From Octopus vulgaris (taxonomy: Eukaryota), in assembly GCA_951406725.2 (NCBI GenBank), contig OX597818.1, positions 6,510,001 through 6,574,000 of the forward strand: 64,000 bases of DNA, written 5' to 3'. Numbering within the stretch: the stretch's first letter is position 1; each line of letters opens with the position of its first letter. The translations under genes and the position numbers were made by a program. Positions 27,673-40,035 of this stretch are shown one piece after another. The notes below the pieces were generated by a model. That model did not search any database and was not told the origin of the DNA. It worked only from the letters and a program-made list of their open reading frames with translations.

Positions 27673-27697
27673 CATGTATATATGTATGCATATATAC

Positions 27698-27752
<55 letters not shown>

Positions 27753-27835
27753 GTGAAAAGGAACACACGAGTTGATATATATGAAAAAACAAGTCAAAAA
27801 TAGAAAATGCTAAGATAATTTTACAGTGAACGTTT

Positions 27836-27873
27836 CAGTACCGGTTTCGGTCATTTTTAGACCTTTTCAACTG
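27836..27873 (-). ncRNA. Type I hammerhead ribozyme, U3-A8 core variant
   Basis: cag-TTGAAAA-GGTC(7 nt)GACC-GAAA-CCGG-TA-ctg, with palindromic ACCGGT stem III. Confidence 0.7.
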
Positions 27874-28623
27874 TAACGATTAAATAATTAAATTTAGAAA
27901 AATTAGAAGAAAAGTTTTTTTAAAAGAATATTTCTATAGTAGTGTTCAGATTTAAGTGGCATTCTGCCTTTCTCTGACTCCCTTGTTTGCACTTGTGTGT
28001 CGGAGGTCGTTGTGAGTTCTTGGAAGGGTAGTAGAGGAAGAAGGCTGGTGGAGAAAGGGGGATGGGAGAATCTGGGAGTGCCCTGATGGTCGTATTTTGA
28101 ATGGTCAGTGGCGGCTAGCAGTCTCAGTTCAATTCAGGAGAATATTTATATTGACAGGCTTGTTTATAGAATTAGCGTAGGTGTTATACTAAAAACATTA
28201 GTGACAAAGTTAAGGGGTAGGGGATGGAGAAGTAGAAGAAGAAGAAGAAGAAGAAGAAGAAGAAGAAGAAGAAGAAGAAGAAGAAGAAGAAGGAGAAGAT
28301 GACGATGATGGTGGTGGTGGTGATGGTTATGACGACGATGATGATGATAATGATGATGATGAAGAAGAAGAAGAAGAAGAAGAAGAAGAGGAGAAGGAGA
28401 AGATGGTGGTGATGATGGTGGTGATGATGATGACGACGATGATGATGATAATGATGATGATGAAGAAGAAGAGGAAGAAGAAGAAGAAGAAAAAAACAGA
28501 GAAGGGGGAATATGAATGGGTGTAAGTATAGCTATGAAGGGGCTGATTAGTAATGGATTCTATGGAGTGTAATATTTGTGTGTGTATATATATTTTTTTC
28601 TTTTATTCTAAAGTTGAGGTATA

Positions 28624-29370
28624 TTAATTGTTTGTCGTAGACCCGTTTAGAAGTGGCTTGTATTTTGTAATAAAGAGATTTTCTTTACTTATTCGTTGTC
28701 TCGAGGTTGTATCGTCCCTAAATTGGTAGAGGGGGAAAATTCTGAAGTTTGGTGTTTTTTTGTTGGCGCAAGTATCTATGTGTTGGCTAAAAGCTATTTT
28801 TCTGTTTTGGGGAATTTTTATCTGGGATCTGTGCAGGGCCATTCGTTTACGCAAACCATTTTTTGTTTGGCCTATGTACTGCTCTTGACACCCGGAGCAG
28901 GTTAGTGAGTATATTAGGTTCTCCGAAGCACATGTGAAGTTGCTTTTCACTGTAAACCGTTGTCCCTGCTTGAAGGAGAACTCTGATCCCTCAATTAGAT
29001 AGTCGCATATCCCGCAATTGGGTCTTCCACATTTTTTTACTGTCGGCTTCTGTGTTGAGGAGTGAATTCGGGCTTGTGTAAGGAGACTTTTCATGGATCT
29101 AGGCTGTCTTTTGCTTTTTATGATCGTGTGTGTTTGGAGGATTGTGTTCATTCTGTGGTCTTTTTTTAGGAGGGGTATGTTGTGGAGGATGGTGTCGAAG
29201 GCTTCGTTATTGAGAGGGTTGTGTGTGGAGATGTATGGTAAGGTTTTTGGTTGTAAGTTTTTCTTTGATTTGGGATGTCTCAGTTCCTTGATGTTAAGTT
29301 GAAGGGCACGTTGAATGCACTTATCAATAAGTGAAGGTGGATAGTTCCTGGTGATTAGGGTATCTTTTAC
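28624..29370 (-). pseudogene. Penelope ORF C-terminus: RT thumb remnant, Cys linker, GIY-YIG endonuclease
   Basis: RNYP..LI, KCGRPNCGIC linker, NLIYSLTCSGCQEQYIGQT..LRKRMALH and E..FI..Y.P.LN. The frame is uninterrupted but 5'-truncated. Confidence 0.92.
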
Positions 29371-30183
29371 AAGATACAAGATACAAGAACGACTACAAGA
29401 TACAAGATACAAGAACGACTACAAGAACTAAAAGATACCCTAATCACCAGGAACTTTAGAATAAAAGAAAAAAAATATATATACACACACAAATATTACA
29501 CTCCATAGAATCCATTACTAATCAGCCCCTTCATAGCTATACTTACACCCATTCATATTCCCCCTTCTCTGTTTTTTTCTTCTTCTTCTTCTTCCTCTTC
29601 TTCTTCATCATCATCATTATCATCATCATCGTCGTCATCATCATCACCACCATCATCACCACCATCTTCTCCTTCTCCTCCTTCTTCTTCTTCATCTTCA
29701 TCATCATCATTATCATCATCATCGTCGTCATAATCATCACCACCACCACCATCATCGTCATCTTCTCCTTCTCCTTCTTCTTCTTCTTCTTCTTCTTCTT
29801 CTTCTTCTTCTTCTTCTTCTTCTACTTCTCCACCCCCTACCCCTTAACTTTGTCACTAATGTTTTTTAGTATAACACCTACGCTAATTCTATAAACAAGC
29901 CTGTCAATATAAATATTCTCCTGAATTGAACTGAGACTGCCAGCCGCCACTGACCATTCAAAATACGACCATCAGGGCACTCCCAGATTCTCCCATCCCC
30001 CTTTCCCCACCAGCCTTCTTCCTCTACTACCCTTCCAAGAACTCACAACGACCTCCGACACACAAGTGCAAACAAGGGAGTCAGAGAAAGGCAGAATGCC
30101 ACTTAAATCTGAACACTACTATAGAAATATTCTTTAAAAAAACTTTTCTTCTAATTTTTCTAAATTTAATTATTTAATCGTTA

Positions 30184-30221
30184 CAGTTGAAAAGGTCTCA
30201 AAATGACCGAAACCGGTACTG
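30184..30221 (+). ncRNA. Type I hammerhead ribozyme, U3-A8 core variant (inverted pseudo-LTR copy)
   Basis: cag-TTGAAAA-GGTC tcaaaat GACC-GAAA-CCGG-TA-ctg. Confidence 0.7.
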
Positions 30222-30270
30222 AAATGTTCACTATAAAATTATTTTAGCATTTTCTATTTTTGACTTGTTT

Positions 30271-30337
<67 letters not shown>

Positions 30338-30362
30338 GCATGCTTGTATGTATGTATATATA

Positions 30363-30477
<115 letters not shown>

Positions 30478-30732
30478 GAAAGAGATAAAAATCCTTTCAT
30501 CCGAGACGGTTGAGAAAATTGTTAAGCAATAGTTATTTTAGATAAGATATGAAATAGGGAGTGAATTAGAGGACTGAAAATAGCCCTGAGATATGCAGGG
30601 ATGTTGCCACTGTAGATCCATTATATAGGCAGAATGGTATACAAATAAGTTTCCAATTCTTTGTGAGTAATAACTGACACCTTTGGGTCTTATTGACACC
30701 ATTATCTCTCATACCCCTCTCTCTCTCTCACA

Positions 30733-30803
<71 letters not shown>

Positions 30804-31206
30804 CTGACACATATATACACGGTCATATTAACTGTTATTGACATAGGTTATACCATGTAAGTTTCAAAGATCTTCGTCTGTGAATCATGAATACGTAAAC
30901 ATTGGGCGTCCACATAAACAGAATGATTATTTGTAACAAGCGATTTTCTCTTTTTTGAGTTTAAGTTGACAACTTCATGTAAATTAAATTAAATGTAAAA
31001 TATTTTATCATCATGAGTTCAATGTTACTGTAGCAACAAAATTTAATTTTGTAAACATTAAAAGGTTGTTGTTAACCCAGGCTCTGCTCTATTTCTCTCT
31101 CTCTCTCTAACTATCGCCCTCTCTGTCCCCCTTTATTTATATATATATATATATATATTTATTCTCATCTAGAGACACTTGCACAACGCCCAAATATACA
31201 TGTACG

Positions 31207-31261
<55 letters not shown>

Positions 31262-32490
31262 AATCTAAGCATTCTTTAAATTTCTCCTGCCAAGCCTCCC
31301 ATATAAAATTGATTTGATCTTATTATTATTCTCTCTTTGGCAGTATTCCAGAAACGGCATCAAATATTATAACTGAATTCCGGCAACATTGACTGATTCT
31401 ACAGTCGCAAAGCTGAAAAATACCAAAGTAACGTTATTGGGGAAGATGCATATAAATGTAAATAACATAAAATATTCGCCCCATTATTGACAGTGACAGC
31501 ACTGTATGGCCTGAGAACTATCTGCTGTAATATATTAAATATAGTTGTCCAACAATACAGAAATATGACAAATCTGAATGCCTAAATGAGAATCTTTTGT
31601 TACAGATTCTGAAGACAATGTAGTTGCTTGTTATTTTTCTTTCTAATTACTCTTGCTTCAAAAGCTGGTTGACAAATAATTGTTTTGTGTGTATTAAAAG
31701 CTGGGAGTCTTTCTCCAATGTAGAAAACTTTACGTGTCCTGTGATTCTTTTGATTGCATTATCTTTTTTAACTTGCTCTTGCCTGTGACAATATTACACA
31801 TGTGGAATGTTGCATGACTACCTAATATATGGGAAACGTGTAAGACCAGTTGACATAAGACCGGTTGACATAAATTAGGAAAGAAATTCTTCCAAACACT
31901 CAATCGGATTACAGTGAAATTGCGAAGATCTGATAAACAAAGAAAACAAAATAAGTGCATCTCTAAAATGATATTTGAAGTTTCTAGCTTTTAAAAATTG
32001 CCCTTCTTGTACTTATTATTTCTTGATCAAATAACAGTGAGACATTGCATAGGTAGCATGAATTTGTTTAGAAACGATCAAGATATCATAAATGAGAGAC
32101 AAAGTAATATATAGGCGTGGTGACTATTAAGAAATGAAGCACAGAATAGTATGTTGTATAAGAAAATAACGTATGGTATTTTCAACTTTCCAAATTGGTT
32201 AATGACTCATAAAACAACTGTGAAGACAAATAATAGCTGAATTAAGAATGGAACCAAAGAAATTTTGTATAGTTCCTGGAAAAGTATGAAATATGCCGAC
32301 AGATTAGGAAGGAATTTAAATTTCAGTCGATTACATTCACAAAAATATCTATCTGCCATGGAGTGTTTTATATTGTGCTTGTTTATCGCGAAACTGATTC
32401 AAAGATTTTAATATCCGACAAATTTATCATGATAAGCGATTGTAAGGAAAATAAACATGCTTCTGAATGAGATCTACATGAAATTATATA

Positions 32491-32666
32491 CTGTATTTTA
32501 ACGTGTATAAGGAACCCTTGTGTACAAGGATCCCCTGATTTTGGGGGCTTAAAATTTGGAAAAAAGGTTTTGTAAGGGATTATGATACTATTCATGCATA
32601 AGAAACTCCCATATTTTAAACCTAATGTTTTCACAAAAAAGGTTCTTTATACACGATAGAATACGA
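32491..32666. mobile_element. Tc1/mariner-superfamily MITE
   Basis: TIRs ctgtattttaacgtgtataaggaacc / ggttctttatacacgatagaatacga, flanked by TA. Confidence 0.75.
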
Positions 32667-32839
32667 TAAGTAACAAAGTAATAGCTAAATTGTGCAGAAT
32701 GAGTTAAATTAATAAAATAGTTGGGTAACAAATGGAAACAAATTTGAATATATACCTATTTCAGTACAATGTATAGGTAACAAATTTTGTCTCATGTTTC
32801 CACGGTGTTTCTTAGTCTTCCCAGTAATCATATTTATTA

Positions 32840-33195
32840 AGGCAGCAAGCTGGCAGAAGCATTAGCACGCCGGGCGAAATGCTTAGTGGTATTTCGTCTG
32901 CCGCTACGTTATAAGTTCAAAGTCCACCGATGTCGAATTTGCCTTTCATTCTTTCGGGGTCGATTAAATAAGTACCAGTAACGCACTGGTGTCGATATAA
33001 TCGACTTAATCCCTTTGCCTGTCCTTGTTCGTCCCCTCTCTCTTTAGTCCCTTGTGGGTAGTAAAGAAATAGGTATTTACGTTCTGAGTTCAAATTCCGC
33101 CGAGGTCGACTATTCCGTTCATCCTTTCGGGGTCGATAAGTTAAGTACAGTTGCGTGCTGGGGTCGATATAATCGACTGGCCCCTTCCCCAAAAT
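32840..33195 (+). mobile_element. SINE family B with duplicated 3' module
   Basis: Full copy to about 33075, followed by a second tacgttctgagttcaaattccgccgaggtcgac..catcctttcggggtcgataa module. Confidence 0.85.
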
Positions 33196-33229
33196 CTTCT
33201 TACGAGCTGGGCCGTAATCTTCCAGTAAA

Positions 33230-33700
33230 TCATGTAAAAATGGATGGCCATAGTAAACAACTTATTTAATATTTCCATCTTTTACGAATACAATTTACAT
33301 AAGCGCTCCTCAGGCTCCACAATCATCTAAATGACTTTTCGAGAGAATTGGTGTGTTTATTAATTAGAAACATCGTATGCGGAACGAATGTCCATGACTT
33401 TGCTGTAGTGAGGTCACAGAAATAACCCTATAAATTTTAACTTCAGTTCTGCTTCCTCCTTTGTGAGTATAGCATAACATTCCTCGCTCCCACTTGCAAG
33501 GAAGCTATGAAAAATGAGCTGCAGTGGTTTTGCAAGGGCCCGTTGCATGATTTCATGAGGATTACTGGGAATCCGTCAGGGCCTGCATCTATGACCAGTA
33601 TTACATCTTCTTTAATGTCATTGTAATCAATTATCTGAAATTCCCTGGTTACGGGTGTATTGGAAAAAGAAACCCTACTGATTTTTTCCCTTTCTTGTGT
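33230..33700 (-). mobile_element. Decayed CR1-like LINE fragment
   Basis: Aligns by eye to 6890-7160 (gctgca.tggttttgcaag.gc.cgtt..catgattt; gtattacatcttctt.aatgt..tgtaatcaatt) and contains AGPDGFP. Confidence 0.7.
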
Positions 33701-33850
33701 CCTAAAAGGGTTCTTAAGACTCTTTTGAACGCTTCGTTCAATATTTCACATATATAAATGTTCGGTACTATACACTCATATGTGTATGCATGCATATATT
33801 GTAAACATATATATGTATGTATGTACTGTATGTATTGTATGTATGTATGT

Positions 33851-35676
33851 ACGAGAGATGCAATAATGGTGGTCCTGTATAAGGGAAAGGGCAACAGGAA
33901 TGATCGTGGTAATTATAGGGGAGTATCATTGCTGTCTGCCGTAGGAAAGGTTTTATGCAGGATACTTCTGGATTGTCTGCTGAAATACATTGCAGATTGT
34001 GTTCTTCCCCAAAGTCAATCTGGCTTTCGTTTGGGACGTGGCACTGCTGATATGATCTTTTCAGCAAGACAGCTTCAGAAGTGTGTGGAACAGGGTCTCA
34101 ATCTGACAAGAGTCTATGATACTGTCAATAGAAAAGCATTGTGGAAAGTCCTCCAGAAATTTGGGTATCCTGAAAAGTTCCTTGCTTTGGTTAGGCCTTT
34201 CTATGAAGACATGAATGGTAGGGTGAATGTTAGAGGGAAAATGTCGGAGTCCATTTCAATACAAAATGGAGTGAAACAGGGGGATATTCTGGCACCGACC
34301 CTATTTCCATATACTTTGCGATGGTGTTCTGTATTGCATTCAGAAACTGCAGATACGGTGTTTATGTCCATTATCGAACCTCTGGCAGCATATTTAATAT
34401 CAGGCACCTTGCTGCAAAAACAAAGGTATTTACCTCTATCATAAGAGATCTTTTGTATGCAGATGATTGTGAGCTAGTAGCCCACACAGAGATTGATATG
34501 CAACACATTTTGAATGCATTCTCTGATGCTTGCACTGCCTTAGGATTGACAGTCAATCTCAAGAAAATTATTGTCATGCATCAACCTGCCCCTGGTAAGC
34601 AGTATAGTGTACCAAATATCTATTTGTATGGTAAACGACTTGAATTAGTTGATCAGTTTGTCTACCTGGGAAGCACTATTAATAGATATAGCAAATTGGA
34701 TGATGAAATTCCATATAGAATTAGGAAAGCAAGTGTTGCTTTCGGAAGGCTAGAAAAGCGCCTCTGGAGTCGGCGAGACATACGCAGAAAGACGAAGATA
34801 AAGGTGTACAAGGCATGTGTGCTCCCTTCTCTTGTCTATGCCTGCGAGACGTGGGTCACATATCGATACCACCTTAAACAACTGGAACGTTTCCATCAGA
34901 TGTGCCTCAGACGGATCTATGGCATTAAGTGTAAGGACCCCGCATCAGTGATCTTGAAATATTGGAAGGCTCTCGGTGTGAAAGTATAGAAGCTCTTGTG
35001 TTAAAGTAAAGGCTCAGATGGAGTGGTCATCTGGTCAGGATGAAGGATTCAAGATGCCAAAACAACTCTTTTATGGAGAGTTAGCTAAAGGAGAACGACC
35101 TCCACATAAACCAAAAAAGAGGTATAAGGACTTGCTGAAGGCTTCCTTAAGAGATGCTTGCATCTCTCCTGACACATGGGAAGGCATAGCTATTGATCGT
35201 AGCAGGTGGAGAAGGTTTGTGCACGAGGGGACAGCCACTTTTGAGAAATCTCGAGTTGCACATGAGAAAGTAAGGAGGGATGTCAGGAAGGGCATCGCTG
35301 TTACATTTCCAGATGGAAAGGGTCTTCTTTTGATGCTGACATGCTATGTCTGTGCCTCAGTAAAGCTGGACTCAAGAGTCATCTTCGTAGTCATAAAGCG
35401 AGACAGATGAGTGACAACCTGGCCACTGGTGGTTGTGTAACACACCATACTAATCTTATCTATCGGGCATGTGGAAGAGAGTGTAATTCGGCAGGAGGAC
35501 TTAAACGACATGCAAAGATACATGAAGCCCAGTTACAACTACAGCCGGCTATTACCGGTAAAGGTTGCCAATTCTGTACAAGACATAGCTGGACTAAAAA
35601 GTCACATTCGATCACAGCACCAGTAACAGTTAAGCTTCGTGCAATGGCCATACTCGATAACGGGGGCGGGAAAGCC
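33851..35676 (+). mobile_element. 5'-truncated RTE-clade LINE
   Basis: LYKGKG..NYRGVSLLS, QSGFR.GRGTADMIF, GVKQG, LLYADD, FVYLGS, MPKQLFYGEL..G.RP and C-terminal CxxC..H fingers. It has several frameshifts and ends in a TA-rich tail. Confidence 0.92.
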
Positions 35677-35957
35677 ATATGTATATGTATATATATATAT
35701 ATATATATGTTTGTACGTATGTATTATGCATCTATGTATGTATGTAACATTTAGTGCGAAGGAAATAAAGTTACATTACTTAATCAATTCATCAGAAACT
35801 AGAAATCACTGTATTGAAATTGCATAAATTCACATATTATAAAATTAGGGATATATAATATTATGTTCCCGAGACTTTTACTGCGAATTTAGGAGAATAT
35901 ACAAAATTTACTAAACCTGATAATTTATTATGAACATGGATATCATCCCAAGAGAGT

Positions 35958-36004
<47 letters not shown>

Positions 36005-36322
36005 TTAAACACAGATATACATGTGTATTCGCATACCTACATATGTATGTGTGTATATATATATATTTAGTATATTTCAGATATTTGTCTTAAACATTCA
36101 GGCAAGCAAATACATAATTCAGATATATGACATGAGATATTATTCAATTCAAATAATCACATATTTATATTAAGACATAGACGATAGGAATATAGAAATA
36201 TAAGAATATAAACATAAAAAATAAAAGATAAAAATATATATAAAAACATATAGGGAGTACCATGAAAGTAGAAAATATAGTTAAAATAGGTTAAAGGAGA
36301 GGTCCCTGAAAGGATTAGTCCA

Positions 36323-36407
36323 AACCTACGGCCGTTTCAGAAATCTTTTAAGGGACTGCAGGAAATAATTCAACAAATATAAAATATATATTTCCTTCCT
36401 CAGGGTT
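36323..36407 (-). ncRNA. Type I hammerhead ribozyme with long stem II
   Basis: aacc-CTGAGGA-(58 nt)-GAAAC-GGCC-GTA-ggtt. Perfect 4-bp stem I and palindromic ACGGCCGT stem III. Confidence 0.7.
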
Positions 36408-36757
36408 CCCTTCTCGTGGTAAAATCCAGTAATGCACTACATGGCGAAATTTCAGTTGGTTGTTGAATACCGAATGGATGAAAAAGAATAAAATATAGAT
36501 GTTCTTTTTCTTGTATCTCCATATTTTGAATTAATTATATAAATACAGACGCATACACGCGCGCGCGCACATCAGTTTAAGCAACTAGCCACAATACAAA
36601 GTGAAATACGAAAACATTTAATCGCCTCTAATTGTGAATGTGGGTTCCAAAGGCGCGCTTATTGCTAGATATAAGGGTTAACAATTTGATAACTACCTGA
36701 AAAGCACATTCATATACATTAACGAGTGCAGATAGATACCTCATGAGCAAAGCTAGA

Positions 36758-36804
36758 ATAATGGACTGCGGTTTCGTCCTATAATTGGGACTCGTCAGCA
36801 ATAT
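36758..36804 (-). ncRNA. Canonical type I hammerhead ribozyme
   Basis: atattg-CTGACGA-GTCC caattata GGAC-GAAAC-cgca-GTC-cattat. All core nucleotides are present, with a GUC triplet. Confidence 0.8.
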
Positions 36805-37095
36805 GACTCCATTGCTCTAATAGAACAGTAAGATTTTTCAGTCAGTATATATATTTGCCATATAAATTCATAGCTGAGTTGGTGATATGCAAATATTTAT
36901 ATTAAAATTTAATTTAAGCAGTATGCCGCAATACAAATCCATATAGGAAACTACGGTACATACTAAATCAAAACCAATGGATAGTTTTTGAAAGATGCTA
37001 CACGCGTTTCAGTCCAATACATAGTTTAATAAATAATATCAGTATATTCGTTTTGTTATACGCAACCCATATGTGATTTTTAATATAATTTTATC

Positions 37096-37178
37096 TACAT
37101 TATTTACATTTGATGGATATTTCCCTCGTCTTGTTTGTTGTTGACAGAACGTTTCCGCTGTTCTCATTCCGATGGTAT
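37096..37178 (-). mobile_element. Family H SINE tail with internal deletion
   Basis: Matches 11965-12030 and 12081-12098. The CTGATGA half of the ribozyme is deleted at 37160/37161. Confidence 0.75.
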
Positions 37179-37195
37179 GTTGTTGTTGTTATTAA

Positions 37196-37261
<66 letters not shown>

Positions 37262-37263
<2 letters not shown>

Positions 37264-38560
37264 TATGTTTGACTTTTGCTTCACATTTGCACAAGCTAGC
37301 TCCAAGTCTCACCCAGAGACCTCAAGAGACAACAAGTTGGAAGTTCATGTTGGTGTTATGCCTATGGTGCCATATATTTGGTTTTGTACTTAGTGTTGTA
37401 CAAGTGAATGTCTAAAAAACCCTACGAAAATTATGTTTGTTTTAAAACTTGAGATTACAAAGAAAGTATTTTGCGTAGGATATGAGCAGTTCCCATGAGG
37501 ACTACCTTTTGAATGTCTGCTATTTTGGGGTTTCCTGGTATCTGAGTTAGGTAGAATTCAGCCCCTTTGCTATCAATCCCAGGGCACCTATGAAAACAGG
37601 TATTGTTTTACTCTTCAGGTTCCACATTTTGCTGATTTCTATTTCCATATCTTAATGTCAGGTCGTGACAGATACGTTTATATCGATTGGGACAGTCATG
37701 TCAATGAGGAGGCATGTCTTTTGTCTGATGTCTTTTACTATGATATCTGGCCTATTCGCGTCTATCTTTCTGTCAATTTGAATGGTGAAGTTCCAGAGGA
37801 GTGAGATGTGGTCATTTTCAAGCATTCGAGGTGGTTTGCGTTCCCACCAGTTTTTATCATGGGGCAAGTCCAGGCTTCTGCAAATTACCCAGTGAATATA
37901 TTGTGCAGCTCTATCATGCCTGTTGAGATACTCTGTAGGCGCAAGAAGATTGCACTTGGAGACAACATGATCAATGGTTTCATTTTGTTGTTGACATACA
38001 CAACATGTTGGGCTACTGCCGTTCTTTAGTATGTTTGTCTGGTAGTTCCTTGTAGGTAGGAATTGATCTTGAGCTGCTATGATAAACCCTTCTGTTTCAG
38101 ATTTTAAGCCAGAGGCCATTAGCCTTTGATGGGTCGGGGCTTTGTCAATATCTGCATTATTTGCTCTCTTTGGGTATTTGCCATTGAGAGGTTTTTCTTG
38201 CCAGTTAACATTCAGAATATCTAAGGCAGCAGTTTTAGCACGGGTTTTCATGCGCTTAGCTTTTTCTGTGCTTATTTCTTGTGTGTCTAATTCCGGAATT
38301 TGTTGTAATCGGAATTCACTTAGATATTCCTTTGCCTGTTTTTTTACTGAGTATGATGCTCTCTTGTCTTCATGTTTTGAGACAAGTTTTAACATCCAGT
38401 CCTCGGAGTTTTTCAGGTAGGTGTCTAGGCCAATTGTAGCAACCTTCATTGTTATTGCCAGTTGCAAAAGCACACGGCCTCCCTCCTTTCTTCGTAGATA
38501 AAATCGATCTATATCTGCCTTAGGGTGGTGCACTCAATGCATTGTCAACAGTTTTCGAAT
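37262..38560 (-). mobile_element. R4/Dong-type LINE family 1, 3' fragment (RLE endonuclease)
   Basis: ORF 37658..38533 has CCVC..ETIDHVVSKC, RHD and RPDII..LIDMTVP. The 3' end abuts (TTA)n and the 3' UTR is shared with 51277-55367. Confidence 0.9.
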
Positions 38561-38656
38561 TACTGCCTGGAATCGAACTCGGCATCTTGGGGTTAGTAGC
38601 CCGCGCTCTTCACCATTAACCCAAAGATTCCGCGTTCGATTCCAGGCAGTGTCCTG
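38561..38656. mobile_element. Two head-to-head family H tRNA-like heads
   Basis: 38561-38615 is a minus-strand head. 38617-38656 is a 5'-truncated plus-strand head (aagattccgcgttcgattccaggcagtgtcctg) followed by (TAA)n. Confidence 0.8.
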
Positions 38657-38666
38657 AATAATAGTA

Positions 38667-38727
<61 letters not shown>

Positions 38728-38733
38728 CAACAG

Positions 38734-38765
<32 letters not shown>

Positions 38766-38776
38766 ACAACAACAAC

Positions 38777-38846
<70 letters not shown>

Positions 38847-38862
38847 GGAATAATAATAATAA

Positions 38863-39974
38863 GTGGAAAATCACGAGAGACGAAAGAAGCTCCATTCTAT
38901 CATAAAGGAAAGCAAAAAATTTGCTATTGATCTCGTGCAGGATACCCAAACTGAACAACCCGAGGGAAGTACGGCAACTATTGTTGCAAAGAAGGTGAAA
39001 ATGATAGCAATGAAAAAAGCGCACGAGCAATTGGCTGATAGGTGGGAGGAGAAACCTCTGCACGGCAAATATGTGACCCGCAGCAAACAAGCTGATGTTG
39101 ACCAGAAGCAAACCCATCAGTGGCTACGGAGCTCAGGGCTAAAAGCAGAGAGCGAAGGTTTCATCCTGGCTGCTCAAGATCAAAGCCTATTAACCCGGAA
39201 CTACCAGGCCAATGTGATGAAAAATGGAGCGGACCCAAAATGCCGATTCTGCAATGATATGATTGAAACAGTGGACCACCTAATCTCTGGATGTAAAGTC
39301 TTAGCACCAGTGGAGTATAAATTAAGACATGACAGAGTTGGCCAATATCTCCACTGGCTAATAAGTCGGCATTACAATATCAAAACTGCCGACAAGTGGT
39401 ATAATCACCACCCTGAGGCTGTAACTGGAGGAGAAAATGTAACCATTCTGTGGGACTTTCCAGTACATACAGACCGAACCATCAAGGCCAATAAACCAGA
39501 TATTGTTGTGAAAGACCAAAACAATAAAGTTTGCTTATTGATCGACATGAGCATCCCCTGTGATCATAATATCTCAGCGAAAGAGTTTGACAAGCTCAGA
39601 AAATATAAAGACTTGCTCATTGAAATTGAGAAAATGTGGCATCTCAAGGCGGTTACAATACCAGTGATCGTAGGAGCACTAGGAATGATCAAGAAGGGAA
39701 CCGAAAATTATATGAGAATGATCCCTGGCTTACCATCCCTGCAAGAAGTACAAAAAATTGTCTTAACTAGTACATCACACGTATTGAGAAGAGCATTGTC
39801 GATGTGAGAACTGTTGCTGCTCATGTATTTTAATTTAACTTAAAAAAAAAAAAATTAACGAACTATTGAGTTTGGTTTAATGGCCTACCAATGTATACTA
39901 TGAGTTTCTTTGCCCTAGGAGTCGGGAAGACACTCGGCAAGAAATGGAAGCAAATTTGAAAGAAGAAAAAAAAA

Positions 39975-39975
<1 letters not shown>
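38863..39975 (+). mobile_element. R4/Dong-type LINE family 2, 3' fragment with open RLE domain
   Basis: 314-aa ORF with CRFC..ETVDHLISGC, RHD, KPDIVV..LIDMSIP and K..KY. (TAA)n on both sides. Confidence 0.92.

Positions 39976-40034
<59 letters not shown>

Positions 40035-40035
<1 letters not shown>

Larger units (their letters stand above)
27749..30275 (-). mobile_element. 5'-truncated Penelope-like element (Neptune type) with inverted pseudo-LTR
   Basis: About 830-bp arms at 27775-28612 and 29455-30275 are near-identical inverted repeats flanking a GIY-YIG ORF. The element is embedded in (TA)n. Confidence 0.92.

Noticed and set aside
31842-31873. 15-bp tandem agacc(a/g)gttgacata
   Set aside because: Two copies only. 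It may be a subterminal repeat of a DNA transposon, but no termini were identified.
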